Notes: generated from the letters alone by a model not told the origin. Counted from the first letter of the stretch, positions 12,563-26,435 are shown. The stretch is 64,000 nucleotides of DNA from Lobosporangium transversale (GCF_002105155.1 NW_019028999.1:186001-250000), one strand, 5' to 3'. Made by a program: numbers and translations.

Positions 12563-15294
12563 AAGCTATACAGATTTAGTAGACAGATAAATAAATAAGT
12601 AAAGAAATAAACATTTCATTCTATCATCAAGTATAATTGAACCGAGCCAATATGTTTGTGACAGTAAGGGTGGTTGTGTGGGGAGGAAAAGTTCAAGTGA
12701 TAGATTGATAGGGGACTTTATTTTTTTTAGGAGCATTTTAAAAGAGACAAATGAAAGGAAAACGCGTTTTGGATGGATCTGCATGAATCTACGGGTCTGA
12801 AAAATAGGGTCGAGACCTGTCAAAGTGGATCGTGCGAGTCGGCCAAAAATAAAGAAGAAAAACTAGCCTTACTATACATGGTATAATTATGAACGTGAAT
12901 GTACATTTGAACACATGTAGGCAAGTAATTCATGCAATTTTCTTCTGCAATGCGATTGGTGGCGCGGAGAACCCTTTTTCTCACCGAGCCCAAATGCTCT
13001 TTCCCGATTTGAAAAACATTTGTACATGTACATGTAACTCATTTTGCTTAGGGCAGCAAAAAAAATAAAAAAAAGCTGTTCAAGGACCAATAGAGCAATA
13101 GGGGAAAGGAAGGTCCTTTTCTACTTTGGTTAACAATCAAGCATTCTTTAGCAGAGTTTCAGGATCCCATGTAACAGCACGAGGAAAGACAAAAGATCAC
13201 CCGACTAGGAGAAGCAAAAGATTTCTTTGTTTTATCTTTAAGAAAGAAAAAAAAAAAAAAAAAAAAAGGGAGATACTGCACATGGAGCGAAGCGGCTTAC
13301 CAATGACAGCTAATGGATAAGCAAGGCACATCCAAGATAAAAGGAAGGGAAGAGAAGAAAAACAGGAATCTGCAAGTGATCGTGTTTGCTCTTTCACAGG
13401 GTTTGTTTGGCATTACAGTTTAAAAAAAAAAAAAAAAAAAAAAAGAGAGAGAGGGTGATGAACCAAAAGGGTGCTGGACCCTGTCTGTCTGTTCCTGAAA
13501 TTCTTTTGAGCGCGCAAAATAAAAAAAAAACGAGAAAACGAGAAAAAAAAAAAAACGTTTTCTGCGTAAATGTGTGTGACAAACATTGCAAACATTGGAT
13601 GTTGTTGTTATTGTTTGCACTCTGATAAACATCATTTCTTCCCATCAATCCGTCCTTCGCCTCGTCACTCTTTCTTTCTGTCTTGCTTCACTCTATCTTT
13701 CTCTCTCTGTCTCATACGCGTATCCTTCTCTTCCTCATCATTACAATATATAGTATACATAGTATACAGTTTTTTTTTTTTTTTCTTTTCTTTTCTTTTT
13801 GGATTGATTGCATTGCCTGCTCTCTCTCTCCCCATTTCTTTCTCTGCATCATCTCAATTACTTTGATTACTCGCCGATATTTTTTTTTTTAATTTCATTT
13901 TCTGCACACAGCATATTTCATAAAGCCGTTTATCCGCAGCTACAAATATAATATATATGTATGAATGAGTTTGTGCGGCGGGTATGTGTGTGCGTAAATA
14001 GTATGTGAGGGTGTAAAAACTTCTCCTTCCACTAATTGCAACAGTAACAATTCAGTTTTGCTTTTTTTTTTTTTTTTTTTCTCGTTCCCCTTCCTCCGAT
14101 CGTTTGAGCCGAATGGGCTGTACTTCCGACAACTCGGGCATTATTTGATCTATCCTTGGCTCTAATCCATGATCCTTGATCTCTGATCCCTGTACAAGTA
14201 TATACCCCTGTACCCTGTCCTTTTTTTCTTCTCCCCTTCTTCTTTATCAATCTTTCCAACAGTGCAAACCCTCTTTTTTTTTTTCCCATCCAATTGCTTT
14301 TCTCTCTCTCTTTTTTTTTTATACTTCATCTGACCTATTAAATGTAATTCCAACAATTACCGGAGTAAAATCAAAATACAAAAAAGCATAGAACCATTGG
14401 GAGAGGAAGTGACATGCTAAAAGGCAATGCTAAATAATTGTATTTGAATGAGAAAAAAAAGGGCTGTGACAAAGGAACCAATCACGCTCTGTCAGATCAG
14501 CAACCATTATTGTCAATCTTCCGTATCAACATGAAGATTGATTGATGCATTCATCAGTCTCTAACAACACCGTCCCTTTTTGATATCTCTGGGAAAAAAG
14601 GAAAAATAATAATATAATGTAATATATAATGTAATAGCAATCAATGGTAATAATGATTATGATTATGATATATATATATATATATGTAATAGAGATTGAC
14701 CATCTCCTGTTTAAGCTTCACAGCAATTGTTATTACTTTTTACAATACTCTGCATTTGCATTTGCATGTCGATTTTCTATATTGCTCTATAATGTAGTAT
14801 TTGAAAGAATAGGTTACTGCAGTACAATGCTACAGTACTTTAGCGACAATGGAAATCAATCCACAATGCAATCAAAATATTCTAAATAAGAATATCTGCA
14901 ATTGTTTTGCTTGTATGGATGGCTATTCTATTAAATGAAAAGAAAACCCAAAGGAAAAACAATCTATCCAATGTCCTTCATGTCCATGTTTTCTTCAATG
15001 TTTCCCCGGCATCGTTTTTTTTTTTTTCTTTTCTCTCTCTCTCTCTCTCTTTTTGTCTTATGATTCCGTAGAAAGTATTTAATTCCTTTTCCTTTTATTC
15101 ATTCTTTCTTTTCTCTCCCTTTTGTCTTTTCATCCATCCTACCCACAACAAGTAACAATCTTGTGCCTTGCCACGATTTAAAAGAATATAAAAAAGAAAA
15201 TTAAACGGACATCGCTCTCACTCTTCACGCCCATTTTGTTAAATATATATTCATCGATAATCCATCTCTTCTCCCATTCCTTCTTTCTTTTCTT

Positions 15295-15362
15295 TTTCTC
15301 TTTTTCTCTTTCTTTCTTTCTTTCTTTCTCTCTCTCTCTCTCTTTCTTTCTCTCTCTCTCTC
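15295..15362. repeat. Compound (TTTC)n/(TC)n microsatellite
   Basis: Directly visible, upstream of the cyclin ATG. Confidence 0.8.
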
Positions 15363-15557
15363 ATTTGGTCATTTCTTTTCATCATTGGCAGTAGTTCATT
15401 CCAAGCCTATCGTTTCTACTCCTTTACACTCTCTATCATCCATTACACATTATCCACTATCTTATAAACCCTTTTTTTTTTGTTTTTTGTTTTCAGTATT
15501 TCCGTATCCGTGAAAATCTTTTACTCGTTCCACAAACACAAAATAATTCATCACAAC

Positions 15558-17407
15558 ATGGAGTCACTCTGTCCGTCCTCTTCCTCGTCTGCATCCGACT
15601 CTGATCCCATGGCGGAGGAATTAATGCAAAACCAACGCTTCATTGATCTACCAATGGTCTCTTCTCCCTGTCCAGAAGCATTGCTATGTAAGTTCATTGC
15701 ATACATCTCTTCTGTTCATACTTTTCTCTGAAAGTGAAGAGTTGATAGATCAGTTTTAGAAAAAAAAAAAAAAAAAAAAGGGCTCAAGATATTTAGAGAG
15801 GCGATTAATGTTGAAGTAAAAAAAAGAGAGAGAGAGATATGAATGAAGAAGAATACTCAAATGTTACTCCTTGTAAAAAGCTTTTTTTTTTTTTTTTTTT
15901 TTTTGTTATTTACAATTCGGCATACGACATCGTTGTTCTACCCTATTGTCTATCATAAAAAAAAAACTTGGTGGGGTTGTTTTTATTTTTTATTTTTTAT
16001 TTTCTAAATATTAAATATTTAATATGATGAAGCAGCAATTATACATGTTATAAAAAAGATGGTCTGATCGCTCTATTGCAATCAGTGGTTCTATTATTTG
16101 ATTATGTTTAAATTTGTACTGCTCCACTTCCACATGTCCTCTTGCTGCTGAATACGTACTTTGTCAGCGAGCACATGTTAGCCTCACTCTTACTTCCTGC
16201 CTTCATGGTAGAGGAAACCGGGAGGAGCAAGTTGAGGGAAAAAGTTTTGACAATTTTTTTTGGAATTTAGGATTCCGGTTATAATGAAAATGATAGAAAC
16301 CGTCCCTGATTTTCTGAATTTTTTTTTTTTTTTTTTTTTTTTCTTTCCTAAAATGTTATTTTAGCCCTGGCTGCCGGATCTGTCCTTTCCGTGCTCCAAT
16401 GTCCTCCACCTCCACCTGTGTTTCGCACCAGTGCTCTGTTTTGTAAAAGCCCTGCTTTAACGAGCTCTACAGATGCTGCTAATGGTGGTAACGATGTTAC
16501 ATCTCCGCCTTCTCCATCTTGCTCTACCTCTTCAACTTCCTCTTGTTCTTCCACTACTTCAGAAGTCGTCGGAGAACAACGACCAAGTTTGATTCATTTC
16601 CTCAGAAATATCTGTGTCAAGGCTTCGGTAACAGAGCTGGCTCTTGTCATCTCCTTAATCTATGTGGATCGGCTCAAAAAGGCATTGACAAACATGGCAC
16701 GAGGTGATCCTGACACACCCTTCAAGATTATTTTATCCGCCTTACTGGTTGTCAAAAAGGCAAGTCAAACGCATTAACATGTACACATAAAAAAAAAAAT
16801 AAAAAAAAAAAAAAAAAAAAAGAAATCCCAGCATTAGCGAATAACAATAGAAACTAAGGCACGGGGAAAGGTCTTTTTTTTTTGACACGCGGGGGGAGGG
16901 ATTGAGCGCATAATCAGCACATCATTTCTACCCTGTGTAAATTGTTTGGGTGGAAGGTGTAGAAATATTCATGTAATGTGGTATGCAAACTAGATAGCCG
17001 ATCTTCCCATTGTATACAACCTCCTTACTCTGTTGTATATTAATCAGGTCAAAAGAGATAATCTACAAACACCATTAGGTATTGAATGGAGAAGAGGCAG
17101 TAGCATGTCATGGGTTGATAGCCAAGAAAGAATATAATTTTGGGGAAGCTCACAATCAATAACAGTAATGACAACAACAAAAAAAGGGCTGCGGAAGAGG
17201 ATATTCCTGTTCGAACATTAGGAATGAACCAAATAGGCAAAAAGGCACGGACAGTCTATTGAGAAGAGCGATCGCATGGCGTGGCATGGCATGGCCAAGC
17301 ATCTTGTAGTGATGAAAGAGAGCCAAAGTTAGAGGAGCGTTTTTTTTTTTTTTTTTTTTTTTTTAGCAATCGTAGGAGAGGGTTCAAATCTGAGCTCATT
17401 CGCGCTC

Positions 17408-17459
<52 letters not shown>

Positions 17460-18326
17460 TTTTTTGTTGGGATGTTAAGCTGTTCTGTTTTGAGGCTCGA
17501 CCTTTTTTTTTTTTTTTTTTTTTTTCCTCTCATCCTTTTAATATATTCAACTATAGCATGCCGATAGAGCAATCGGGCTTAAATTCCACTCTCTCATTTC
17601 GTGCCACATATATTTAAGCGATACATCTCCAGTAACTCAATTTAAAACAGTTTCAAAAACAAAAAAAACAAAAAAACAAAAAGAGTATCTCCAGAGGTTA
17701 CCTGGTGCGCATTGGACCGGATAAGATGGATAAAAGTGTAGGATGGATGGATGAAAGTGAGCCATTATAGGCAATGAGCGAGCTTTCATGTCCAGCCCAT
17801 TTTTGGGGGGTTTACTCGAATAATTTTTTTTTTTTGCTCGGCCAAACATGGGAATGGCGCGGTGTGGCGTGGCAAAGCATGTGGAACTTGAATCCGCATG
17901 GCATGCATACAATATCAACAAAGCTGCACGTTCAATTTGAACATGACAACATAGCCCTGATAAATTACATATTACATATTTCATATTTCTATTGCATGTT
18001 AATATTAAGTAAATCAACAACGCCTAACAATGATCTTCATTCTTTTTTTTTATATTTTTATATTTTTTTAATTATTATTTTTATTACAATCTTTCTAGTT
18101 TATCGAGGAGGATTGTGTCGGCCTCAATCGAATGTTCTCCAAAATCACTGATGGTCTCTATTCAGTGCACGACATCAATAGAATGGAGCGCTCTTTCCTT
18201 GGCCTGCTCAAATTCAGCTTATATGTCACTGAAAAGGACGTTGTGAATTTTATTCAATCTCATCAGCAAGAACTTCAAGGTGTCGAGATCCTCCAAAACA
18301 TGTTCAAGCCCGCCACAGCTGCTTAA
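15558..18326 (+). CDS. Pho85-type (PCL/Clg1-like) cyclin; exons 15558-15687, 16365-16759, 18099-18326
   Basis: PSLIHFLRNICVKASV...LVISLIYVDRLK...IILSALLVVKK|FIEED...DINRMERSFLGLLKFSLYV forms a PCL cyclin box. The exons join in frame using a GC-AG intron. Confidence 0.85.
17408..17460. repeat. (TTTC)n microsatellite in cyclin intron 2
   Basis: About 13 TTTC units. Confidence 0.85.
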
Positions 18327-18436
18327 TTTTTTTTTTTTTTTTTTTTGCTTATACCATTGTCCCAATGGGTTGCCTCTTGTTTCTTTCCTGCCTTGCCTAG
18401 AGTAAACATTACCTAGAAGCGCAACCCTCTGCATTT

Positions 18437-18482
18437 CACATTATTACACATTACACATTACACATTTCGCATTACGCATTAT
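18437..18482 (+). repeat. Degenerate heptamer tandem repeat (TTACACA/TTACGCA) in the cyclin 3' region
   Basis: ttacaca ttacaca ttacaca tttcgca ttacgca. Confidence 0.7.
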
Positions 18483-18679
18483 CATCCATCATCTGATAGA
18501 TCATTTCAATTTCATTCTCCATTAATTATTTGTATAGTCATTTCTGCATAGAGCATTTGTTGTAATAACACACTCCATCCGTGCTATTGTAGATCACCAC
18601 CCTAATGCCGATTCACAATAAATTATAGTAATAATAAAAATCATAATATATACAATTATAATTCGACAAATGTGGAAGC

Positions 18680-18715
<36 letters not shown>

Positions 18716-18891
18716 TGTATTGAAATTTCATCAAGCAATACATGATTGCCCAACTTATATCAACTGTATTGTATTTGTTCACAAGATGTCTCTTTTCATC
18801 TTTCCTAAAAATCTCCTGATCCCTGTGAAACATAATGAATACGCCAGAATAACAAGTTGATACTGGGATTGCCGAGAAAAAAACCTTGCTT

Positions 18892-18925
<34 letters not shown>

Positions 18926-19855
18926 CTTTTTCTTTTTTTCTTTTTATTTATTTATTGTTGACTTTTTGATCCAACGATGTTTAATGCTTCTCCTCCTTCT
19001 TGCCGGTGACTAAATAAAAAGAAAAAAAAAAAAAAAAAAGAAAAAGATTTTCACCATTATTATTCGTCAATACTAGTCCCTTTGATAATGGGAGATATTA
19101 CGTATACTGCATGAAAGAGAGGGTGTCTAGAGAGCTAGTTTTTCACTTACAATGAGGATTGCGTGGATCGTTCTTGAACTGGTCGCCTAGATTTTTTTTT
19201 TTTTTTTTTTTTTTTTTATGAATAAAAAATTAAAGGCCGTGAAAAAGTTAGAATGGACGAACGAGCATACTATTCACAACGTGTGGTGTCCCCGAATAGA
19301 ATCTCCAACACAAGCATTCCCTTCAATAACAGCTTAGAAAATTGCTCCTGAGAGTCAACCAACAAAAGCACGAGTTCAAAAACATAGTACTGGTCGATAG
19401 CTGTGAAAACCTCAGGGCGAAAAATGTTTTTACTCCCTGTTTTTCTTTATCGTCATTCTCTTTTATCGGAAGGAAGGGATTAAAAAACATTCAGACAGAA
19501 AGAACATACTCTTCAACATAGTTTCCTGGGCGCTATTGATGAGGTAGAAGGTAACGGCGCCTCCGATAAGGAAAGGAGCCATAGGGCGGAGGAAAGGAGT
19601 AGACCAGGCACGCATGTTTAGGTGTAATGTGTTTCTTGAAGAGATTGACAGGAGTGGAGAGATGTTTTATAAAAAGATTTGATGTGATCTGATCCCATCA
19701 ACCCGAGTTTGCCCTGGTGAAAAATACAGCATAATTGTTGCTCAAAATGCGTAACACGGCCAAGATTGTGCTGCACTTATTTCCTCTCATAGTTTGATCA
19801 ACTCAACTCCCGAGCAAATCGATGAATTTTCAGTCTGCGCTTCTCATTTATTGTC

Positions 19856-20473
19856 ATGGAATCCATCTCTTCCTCATCACAAAAGCCCTCCTCTTCTTCT
19901 GCGACATTCGAACAGGATCAACAACTATTCACAGATACACTTCTCAAAATACAAATACAATCTGCTCTTGCAAAAGAATATGTTCAGAACAAAAAATCAC
20001 CTCTTCCTCTGTTGGCTCAGTCGTGTGCACTTGTTGACAATCTTCCCACAACTGAGAATTGGACGCATGCTCAGGTCCAGCTGATAAACTCGCTTAAAAT
20101 TGACCTTTGGAAAGCTTTTGCTGACGCATGTGTTGCAGTAAGAGACTTGATTCAGGCTGAAGCCAGTCTCGCTCGTTTGGCAATGTTACAAGAGACAGGC
20201 TTGGGGCCTTTATCATTGCGTTCTTCAAAGACAAAAGCCAAAAATAGCAAAAACTCTGTTGATATTATTACTATACCATCTACTGCCGATGGTCCAACGT
20301 CGATACCCCCAACCAAAGAACAAATTGCAACCGCATATGAAGTTATAGAAACATGGAAAAAACAACGTCAAGTCTACATTGACATGGGCAAAAATAATAT
20401 GGTATTCAATTTCCAGCGTCGCATTGACAGTATGAAGAAACGTCTTGAAAGCGATTCTGTTCAGGTTTCATAA
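19856..20473 (+). CDS. Hypothetical intronless helical protein (205 aa)
   Basis: Clean ATG-to-TAA ORF with protein-like amphipathic helices; convergent with HSE1. Confidence 0.7.
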   Translation: MESISSSSQKPSSSSATFEQDQQLFTDTLLKIQIQSALAKEYVQNKKSPLPLLAQSCALVDNLPTTENWTHAQVQLINSLKIDLWKAFADACVAVRDLIQAEASLARLAMLQETGLGPLSLRSSKTKAKNSKNSVDIITIPSTADGPTSIPPTKEQIATAYEVIETWKKQRQVYIDMGKNNMVFNFQRRIDSMKKRLESDSVQVS

Positions 20474-20554
20474 TATCACTTGAATAAAAAAAATTTTTTT
20501 TTTCTCCTTCTTCTTGAGGCTACTTAGTTTTGCTTGCAAACATTAAGAAAATAG

Positions 20555-22948
20555 TTATTGGAATGCAGGAGCTGCAGGAGCTGCAGGAGCAAATTGAGGC
20601 TGGGGAGCATAGCCATTGGTTGGCGCTACAAAAGGCGTTGATTGGGGCACATATGCTTGTTGTTGTTGCTGCTGAGGCTGAAAATCATTTCCTGACATGG
20701 GCTGCTGTTGCTGTTGGTATCCTTGGTACGGTGCTTGCACTGGCTGCTGCTGAAGAGGTTGGGGCGAGAAAGGCTGACCTTGCTGCTGAAGTTGCTGAGT
20801 ATTATTGAGATTAGGATCTATGGGTGCCTGTGATTGTGATGGTGTCTGATTGTGATATACTTGATCATAACTAGGAGGTTGAATCTGTTGGGGCTGTTGC
20901 TGGGATTGTTGCTGTTGTTGGATTGGTTGTTGTTGGATTGGCTGCTGTTGAAGTGGTTGCTGCTGTAGCGGTAACTGCTGTAGCGGTAGCTGCTGTTGGC
21001 TAATCTGGGGTGTGTACGGTGCATACTGAGTGTCCTGCTGATACTGTCCAAGAGTAGCTTGACTCACTACCGGCCCAGGGCCATATGGCTGTTGTTGTTG
21101 CGGTAGATGATATGGTGTAGTCGAGTACGTATTTCTGTTCTGCCCAGTTTGTCCGGAAACGCTAGGACTATAGTAAGATGCTGCAGGGTTGGGCGCGTAC
21201 GATTGATAGGCACCGTAACCGGGGTTGCTATACTTTGCGATGGATTGTTCCATCATCTTCTCATAGGTCGATCTTGCCCTAGCCAGCTTTTCACTCAAGG
21301 CCAACATTTCGTCCTTCTTTTCTCCATGTTTCTTGATCAGCTCCACAAGCTTAGGTCTTATTCCAAGGACATTGTTGTATGTATCCTGTCAGGTAGAACG
21401 TGTACTAACATTAGTACTTGCACTATTTTTTTTTTTTATTTTTTTATTTTTTTTTTTTTGGAAATATTAAACAGCAGGTTAATTATTTTACCTGAAGTTG
21501 TTCATTGTCCGAGAAATTATCTCGTCTTGGATCAACATTCTGCAACATCCGGATTAGGACGTCAATGTTCTTGGCTTCTTGTAGAACATGGGCTTCATCA
21601 TCGCTAGTAGTCCCATTTTGATTTTGCTCTCCTTCCTTTATCTCCTCGACATAGTTTACAGGGAAAATCCCTTGGCGTCCGTAGAGCTCGCCTTTCCACC
21701 AATCCTGATAGGATGTTGCTAAAACAACTATGATGTCGTCTTTCTGGAATCCAAGTTCTCCACTCTCTGTTGGTTCAAAATCATAAAGTGCACGTACTCG
21801 CTTAACTGGAGGTTCCGCGATTTCTGGATGTTTTGTTTGTCTCGTGGCGGATGTCTATACAAAGAGATAAATGACGGCCATGGATTATTATGAATTGCAA
21901 GTATTAAGCTCCGTGTCATATGCAGAGGTACTAGTGAGGCGAGAGTTATTCTCACTTACCCGCTCATTATGCTCGCTCGCAGATAGAGAGAGCGCCAATG
22001 CTAGTTGCAACTCTTCTTCTTCCTTTCGCTTGTCAGCCTCGCTTTTGAGTTCTTTTTTAGGTTTTTGTGGCGAAGGAAATTTGAACTTTGATTGAGTACG
22101 AAGTTGCTGATATGTTTCATCCATAATACCCAAAGAGGGATCTGCGCGGAACTCAAATGCCCACTGTTGAATCAATTCCAATATCCGTTGCCGCACAGCT
22201 GGATGGGTAGTCTGAATGGAAGGTTTAAAAATAAGTAGTAATCAGTAAAAGGGTCAGGAGACTCGTCACCAGATTTTCTTCATAATTTAATCTGTGAAGT
22301 ATGTACGAGCATTCACAAACCTTTTCATTAAGGATCTTGACAAGTAGTGTAGTAAAGGCACGTGAAGATATTTCACGTTGAGCCTTCAGTCCGCAGTTCT
22401 TGGCAAGTGATTCACACAGCTAGTGAATATAAGAAGTTTGTTATAAGCCGAGTATCCCTCACAGCTGACTCTGTTACCTCATAGCACCTAGTTAAAATGA
22501 CTTACAGTCAACGAGTATAGGATCACATTTGCATTCTTGTTGTAGAGGCGCTTCTGAATTGCAGCAAAACAATCACGGCCGCTGTTAATATAACAAAGAG
22601 GCGTGTCAACCAAAAGTAGGATTATCAAATAGTGTTATAACAATATCTATTCATCCATTGCCGACAATACACCATGATCCACTTGTTGCCTCTTACGCAT
22701 TATCACTTGAACGGTTCACTTTTTCACAGATGGAGAGAATGAGATCCCAGTTCTCGGATGTCAAGGTCTCACTCGTTGCATTGGCTGCGGAGTAGAATGC
22801 AGAATGTAAGCAGAGAATCAGAGACCAATTGCGCTCACATTTATTAGCCGCAACCGCAGCAATAGAAATAACTATACGTTTTTAAAGTGTGACAGAGTCT
22901 ATGACTCTTACCGACAATCTCGTCAAAAGGGTTTGCAGGTCGAAACAT
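20555..22948 (-). CDS. HSE1: ESCRT-0 subunit Hse1/STAM (VHS-UIM-SH3-GAT, Q/P-rich tail)
   Basis: MFRPANPFDEIV, ATSETLTSENWDLILSICEKV (VHS), EEEELQLALALSLS (UIM), YVHALYDF...YQDWWKGELYGRQGIFPVNYV (SH3). Confidence 0.92.
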
Positions 22949-23471
22949 GATGAAGTGCCCTGAATCTGTAATTGATGTGTTGATGAGGTAAAAGAAAAGT
23001 GATTATGACGTGGAAATGTCCTTTTTTTTTTTTGAGAAGACCTTCTTGCTCTTATGAGAGGGGTTGCTATAGCAGTCACCAGGTAGCTCCTTGTCATACA
23101 AAGATGGTTGCACTGATAGACAGACAAATTCTGTTGTTGTCGAATTGCGGGAACTTGACTAGAAACTTTATTGTTTCTCAACCCATGAATATGCTGGATT
23201 TTTTGGGTGCGTGTGAACAAGGACAAAGAGTGTAGAAAAAGATGCCCTATTACTTGAAGTGTGGTATAGATTTATGCCACATTCTTTTCGCACCGACCAC
23301 CTTTGTAGCCACTTTGAAAAAGAACTCTTCCTTCTTTCTTCTCTACTTCTTACACAAGCTACTTCTTTCCTTCCCCTTTCCTCTATCCATTCTATCTTCT
23401 CTCTCTATTCTTGCTACACGTTTCTAGTTTCTACAACTCTCTATCCATTCTTCAACAACGGCATTCACCAG

Positions 23472-25011
23472 ATGGCTACATCAAGAACAGCACCCATGAA
23501 CATCCCTCCATCTCATCCCACCAACCCATCCTTGTCATCCTCCACTTCCTCATTGATGCTGTCTTCCCCCCCATCTTTAACTTTTGGCGAGAGTCTAGCT
23601 GATTCTGGCTATGAGTCATCCTGGCCTTCTCTTTCCGAGGCTGCTGCCTGGACCCCACTCTCTCTGCAAAAACGTCCAATCAGTCTGTCGAAACCACTAT
23701 CCTCAACAGCTTACAATTCTCTTAATAGCATCAACATCAATAGAACTGCAGCTTCACCAGGTGGCATTGAATACGTCCCGTCCAATTCTTTCGGTAAGAA
23801 TGGCGGGAATGGTTGGAACCATCAGCCAATACAGAAAAGACAGGGGCAAGATCAAGTCCAGAAAGCGGCTCGTCAGAGCAAGAACCGCCGAAGAAATCAA
23901 CGAACACAGGCATACCAAGCCAAGGGGTTAATGCAGCTTCAGCAGCATATGGTGATGCCCTTAGTTGACTTTGGTTCACCACAGATGGAGGATGACGACC
24001 ATTATTTTGGTGCAATAGATCCCCCCATCCCTCTCAGGTGGGTAAAAAAATCCTCTTGAAGCGAGAGTTCTTTGACAAAGCATATCCGAATGACAATGGT
24101 TTGAAGAGTTAATGGATGAGAGGAGCAGCGCTGTAACGACGCAATGAAACGCCTTTATTCTACTTTCAATGCTGAGCAGTGTCATACCCCGCGGATGGCT
24201 TTATGAAGAAGAACATGCCCCACCACCAGCTGGTAAGTCGGAAAAAAAAATAGCTTTTTTCCATTATAGATAAGATAAACGCGTGTTTCACTGTTTATTG
24301 ACTGTCGATCAAATATTGAACAAACAGCAGTAATGCAATACTTATTAGTCCTTTCTCTTGGCTTCCTTTTTGACATTTCAATAAAATGTCAACCAATGCT
24401 TTGTAGATGATATTTTGATTACATTACCAAAGCGAGAGTGGATCTATGATTCCAGTGGCCCTATGTCAATGGACGCAAGTAAGATCATCTAGAACATAGT
24501 ATGGTTGATCTTTCTGCAAGATCTTGTTACTAACAGTTAGATTAATTCGTCATATTTATAAAGAATCATTTGTGCTTATGTCCTGGAACGTTCTCTCACC
24601 CAAATTATGCCATGCTTCAAGGCTGGATGCGAATTGTGAGCCTGTCTTCCTGGATTGGGATTATCGCAAAGAGGCCATTTTGAATCAGATTGCATTTGCA
24701 GATGCAGATATTGTGTGTTTGCAGGCAAGTGCTGTGATCTGAGTACGCCAGACTTTTTTTTTTTGATGATTTACCTGTCTTTTGTTTCATCAATCCTAGG
24801 AACTTGAGTTAAAGGACCATGATGAGTACTTCAAGCCTCGCCTGTCTCGTCTCGGCTTCCGATCTATTCATGCTTACAAAATGAATATGCATGAAATGCG
24901 GGATGGATGTGCGATTTTTTATCGTGACAGGTAAGAATGCAGTACCCCATGGAGGTGTGGTTAAAACTAAAATATTTTATCATTAACAATGTACTCAAAC
25001 ATGTGCAATAC

Positions 25012-25042
<31 letters not shown>

Positions 25043-26260
25043 AAATCAAGTCGTTTTCGACTTTTAACCGAAAATGTGTTACGTTTCAATCAAGTTGAGC
25101 TTGATGAAGACGATGTGAAGAGGCCCTCCATGGCTCGTGATACGGCCATTCGATTTAACTTGTTTCACAATCTGGCCATTGTGGCACTATTTGAGAACAA
25201 AAGGACCAAACGTCAGGTTCAGGTGGCTACCACTCACCTTTTGGCCGACCCTGCATTTCCTGATGCCAAAATGCTTCAAACAGCTATTTTAACATCAAAG
25301 TTAGAAGAGCTCAAAGCCCAAGCTATGGTTCAACTGTCACCACCAGTAACAGAAGGAGAACTACTAAGCTCTTGTGAAGTAGCATCAGAAGCCGCACCAG
25401 TACCAACACCAGCATCGTCTCATAACATCCATCGTTGTCCGCACCATCAACATCGACATCAGCATCCTCAGCAGCACATCCCCACAATTCTCGCAGGAGA
25501 CTTCAACTCGCTTCCGGACAGCTCTGTCGTCGAATTCTTGAAAACTGGCAAGGTTGAAACGCGCCACTTTGGTGGCAACGATTTTGGACGATTTACAAGG
25601 GCAGACAATAAATACTTTTATCATCATTTGGAACTGGCTGACAGTTACAAATTGTCTACTTTACCCTTCACAAATGCGACACGCAAATTTCAAGGAACGA
25701 TAGATTATTTGCTCTATGATCCAACTTCACTTGGTCTAATCGGATTCCTGGATCATTTAGCGACGGACCCATCATTGGACTTACAATCAGGACAACCGGC
25801 TCTGGTAGCATCATTACCATCATCAACCACATATAAAACTTCCTCTGCCACTGCTGCAGATGTTAGCGTAAATATGAGTTCTTCGGATTTGGATTCGGAA
25901 ATCGAAGTGGAGATACCCTCGTCAGCGGCTTCATCAGCCTCAGCATCATCTACAGCACCCATCAACACATCAGCTGGAGCTAGGGCAAGCAATAACAGAA
26001 GACATAGCATAGAGAAAAAAATCCTGCTCGATTTTTCAAAACTATTCATCTCTAATAACTTGGAGTCTTCAAAAGCAACAGCCTCAGCTTCAACTCCTGA
26101 CACCAATGCCTCGAAAGTTGTTCGAAATGAGGAAGCAGGAACGAATGTACGAGCGGCACTCCCGACAGCTCTGCCAAATCAACACTTCCCATCAGATCAT
26201 ATTCCATTGGTAGCAATTTTTCGGGAACGAGAGTATATACCCTTATGCACTCAAACTTAA
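23472..26260 (+). CDS. CCR4-like EEP-family nuclease (deadenylase-like) lacking LRRs; about 6 exons
   Basis: SWNVLS, WDYRKEAIL, DIVCLQE, DGCAIFY, TTHL, AGDFNSLPDS, FTNAT..GTIDY, PSDHIPL. Small exons at about 24180-24232 and 24407-24478 join in frame. Confidence 0.88.
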
Positions 26261-26435
26261 CTTCCTTATTATTTAATTATTTTATTATGCTGTACGCTAT
26301 TGTAATATTATCCCTTGTACTGTACCAATGATCAATTTCTTTTTCTAATGTAGAAAAAGCATTTCTTATTGAGATAACAAGTGCCAAGAATGTATTTATC
26401 GGTGTGTGTGTTTTTAGAAGCGTGAATCCTCTGAT

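Noticed and set aside
20920..21000. 15-nt tandem repeats
   Set aside because: They simply encode QQLPL/QQQPI units in the HSE1 low-complexity tail.
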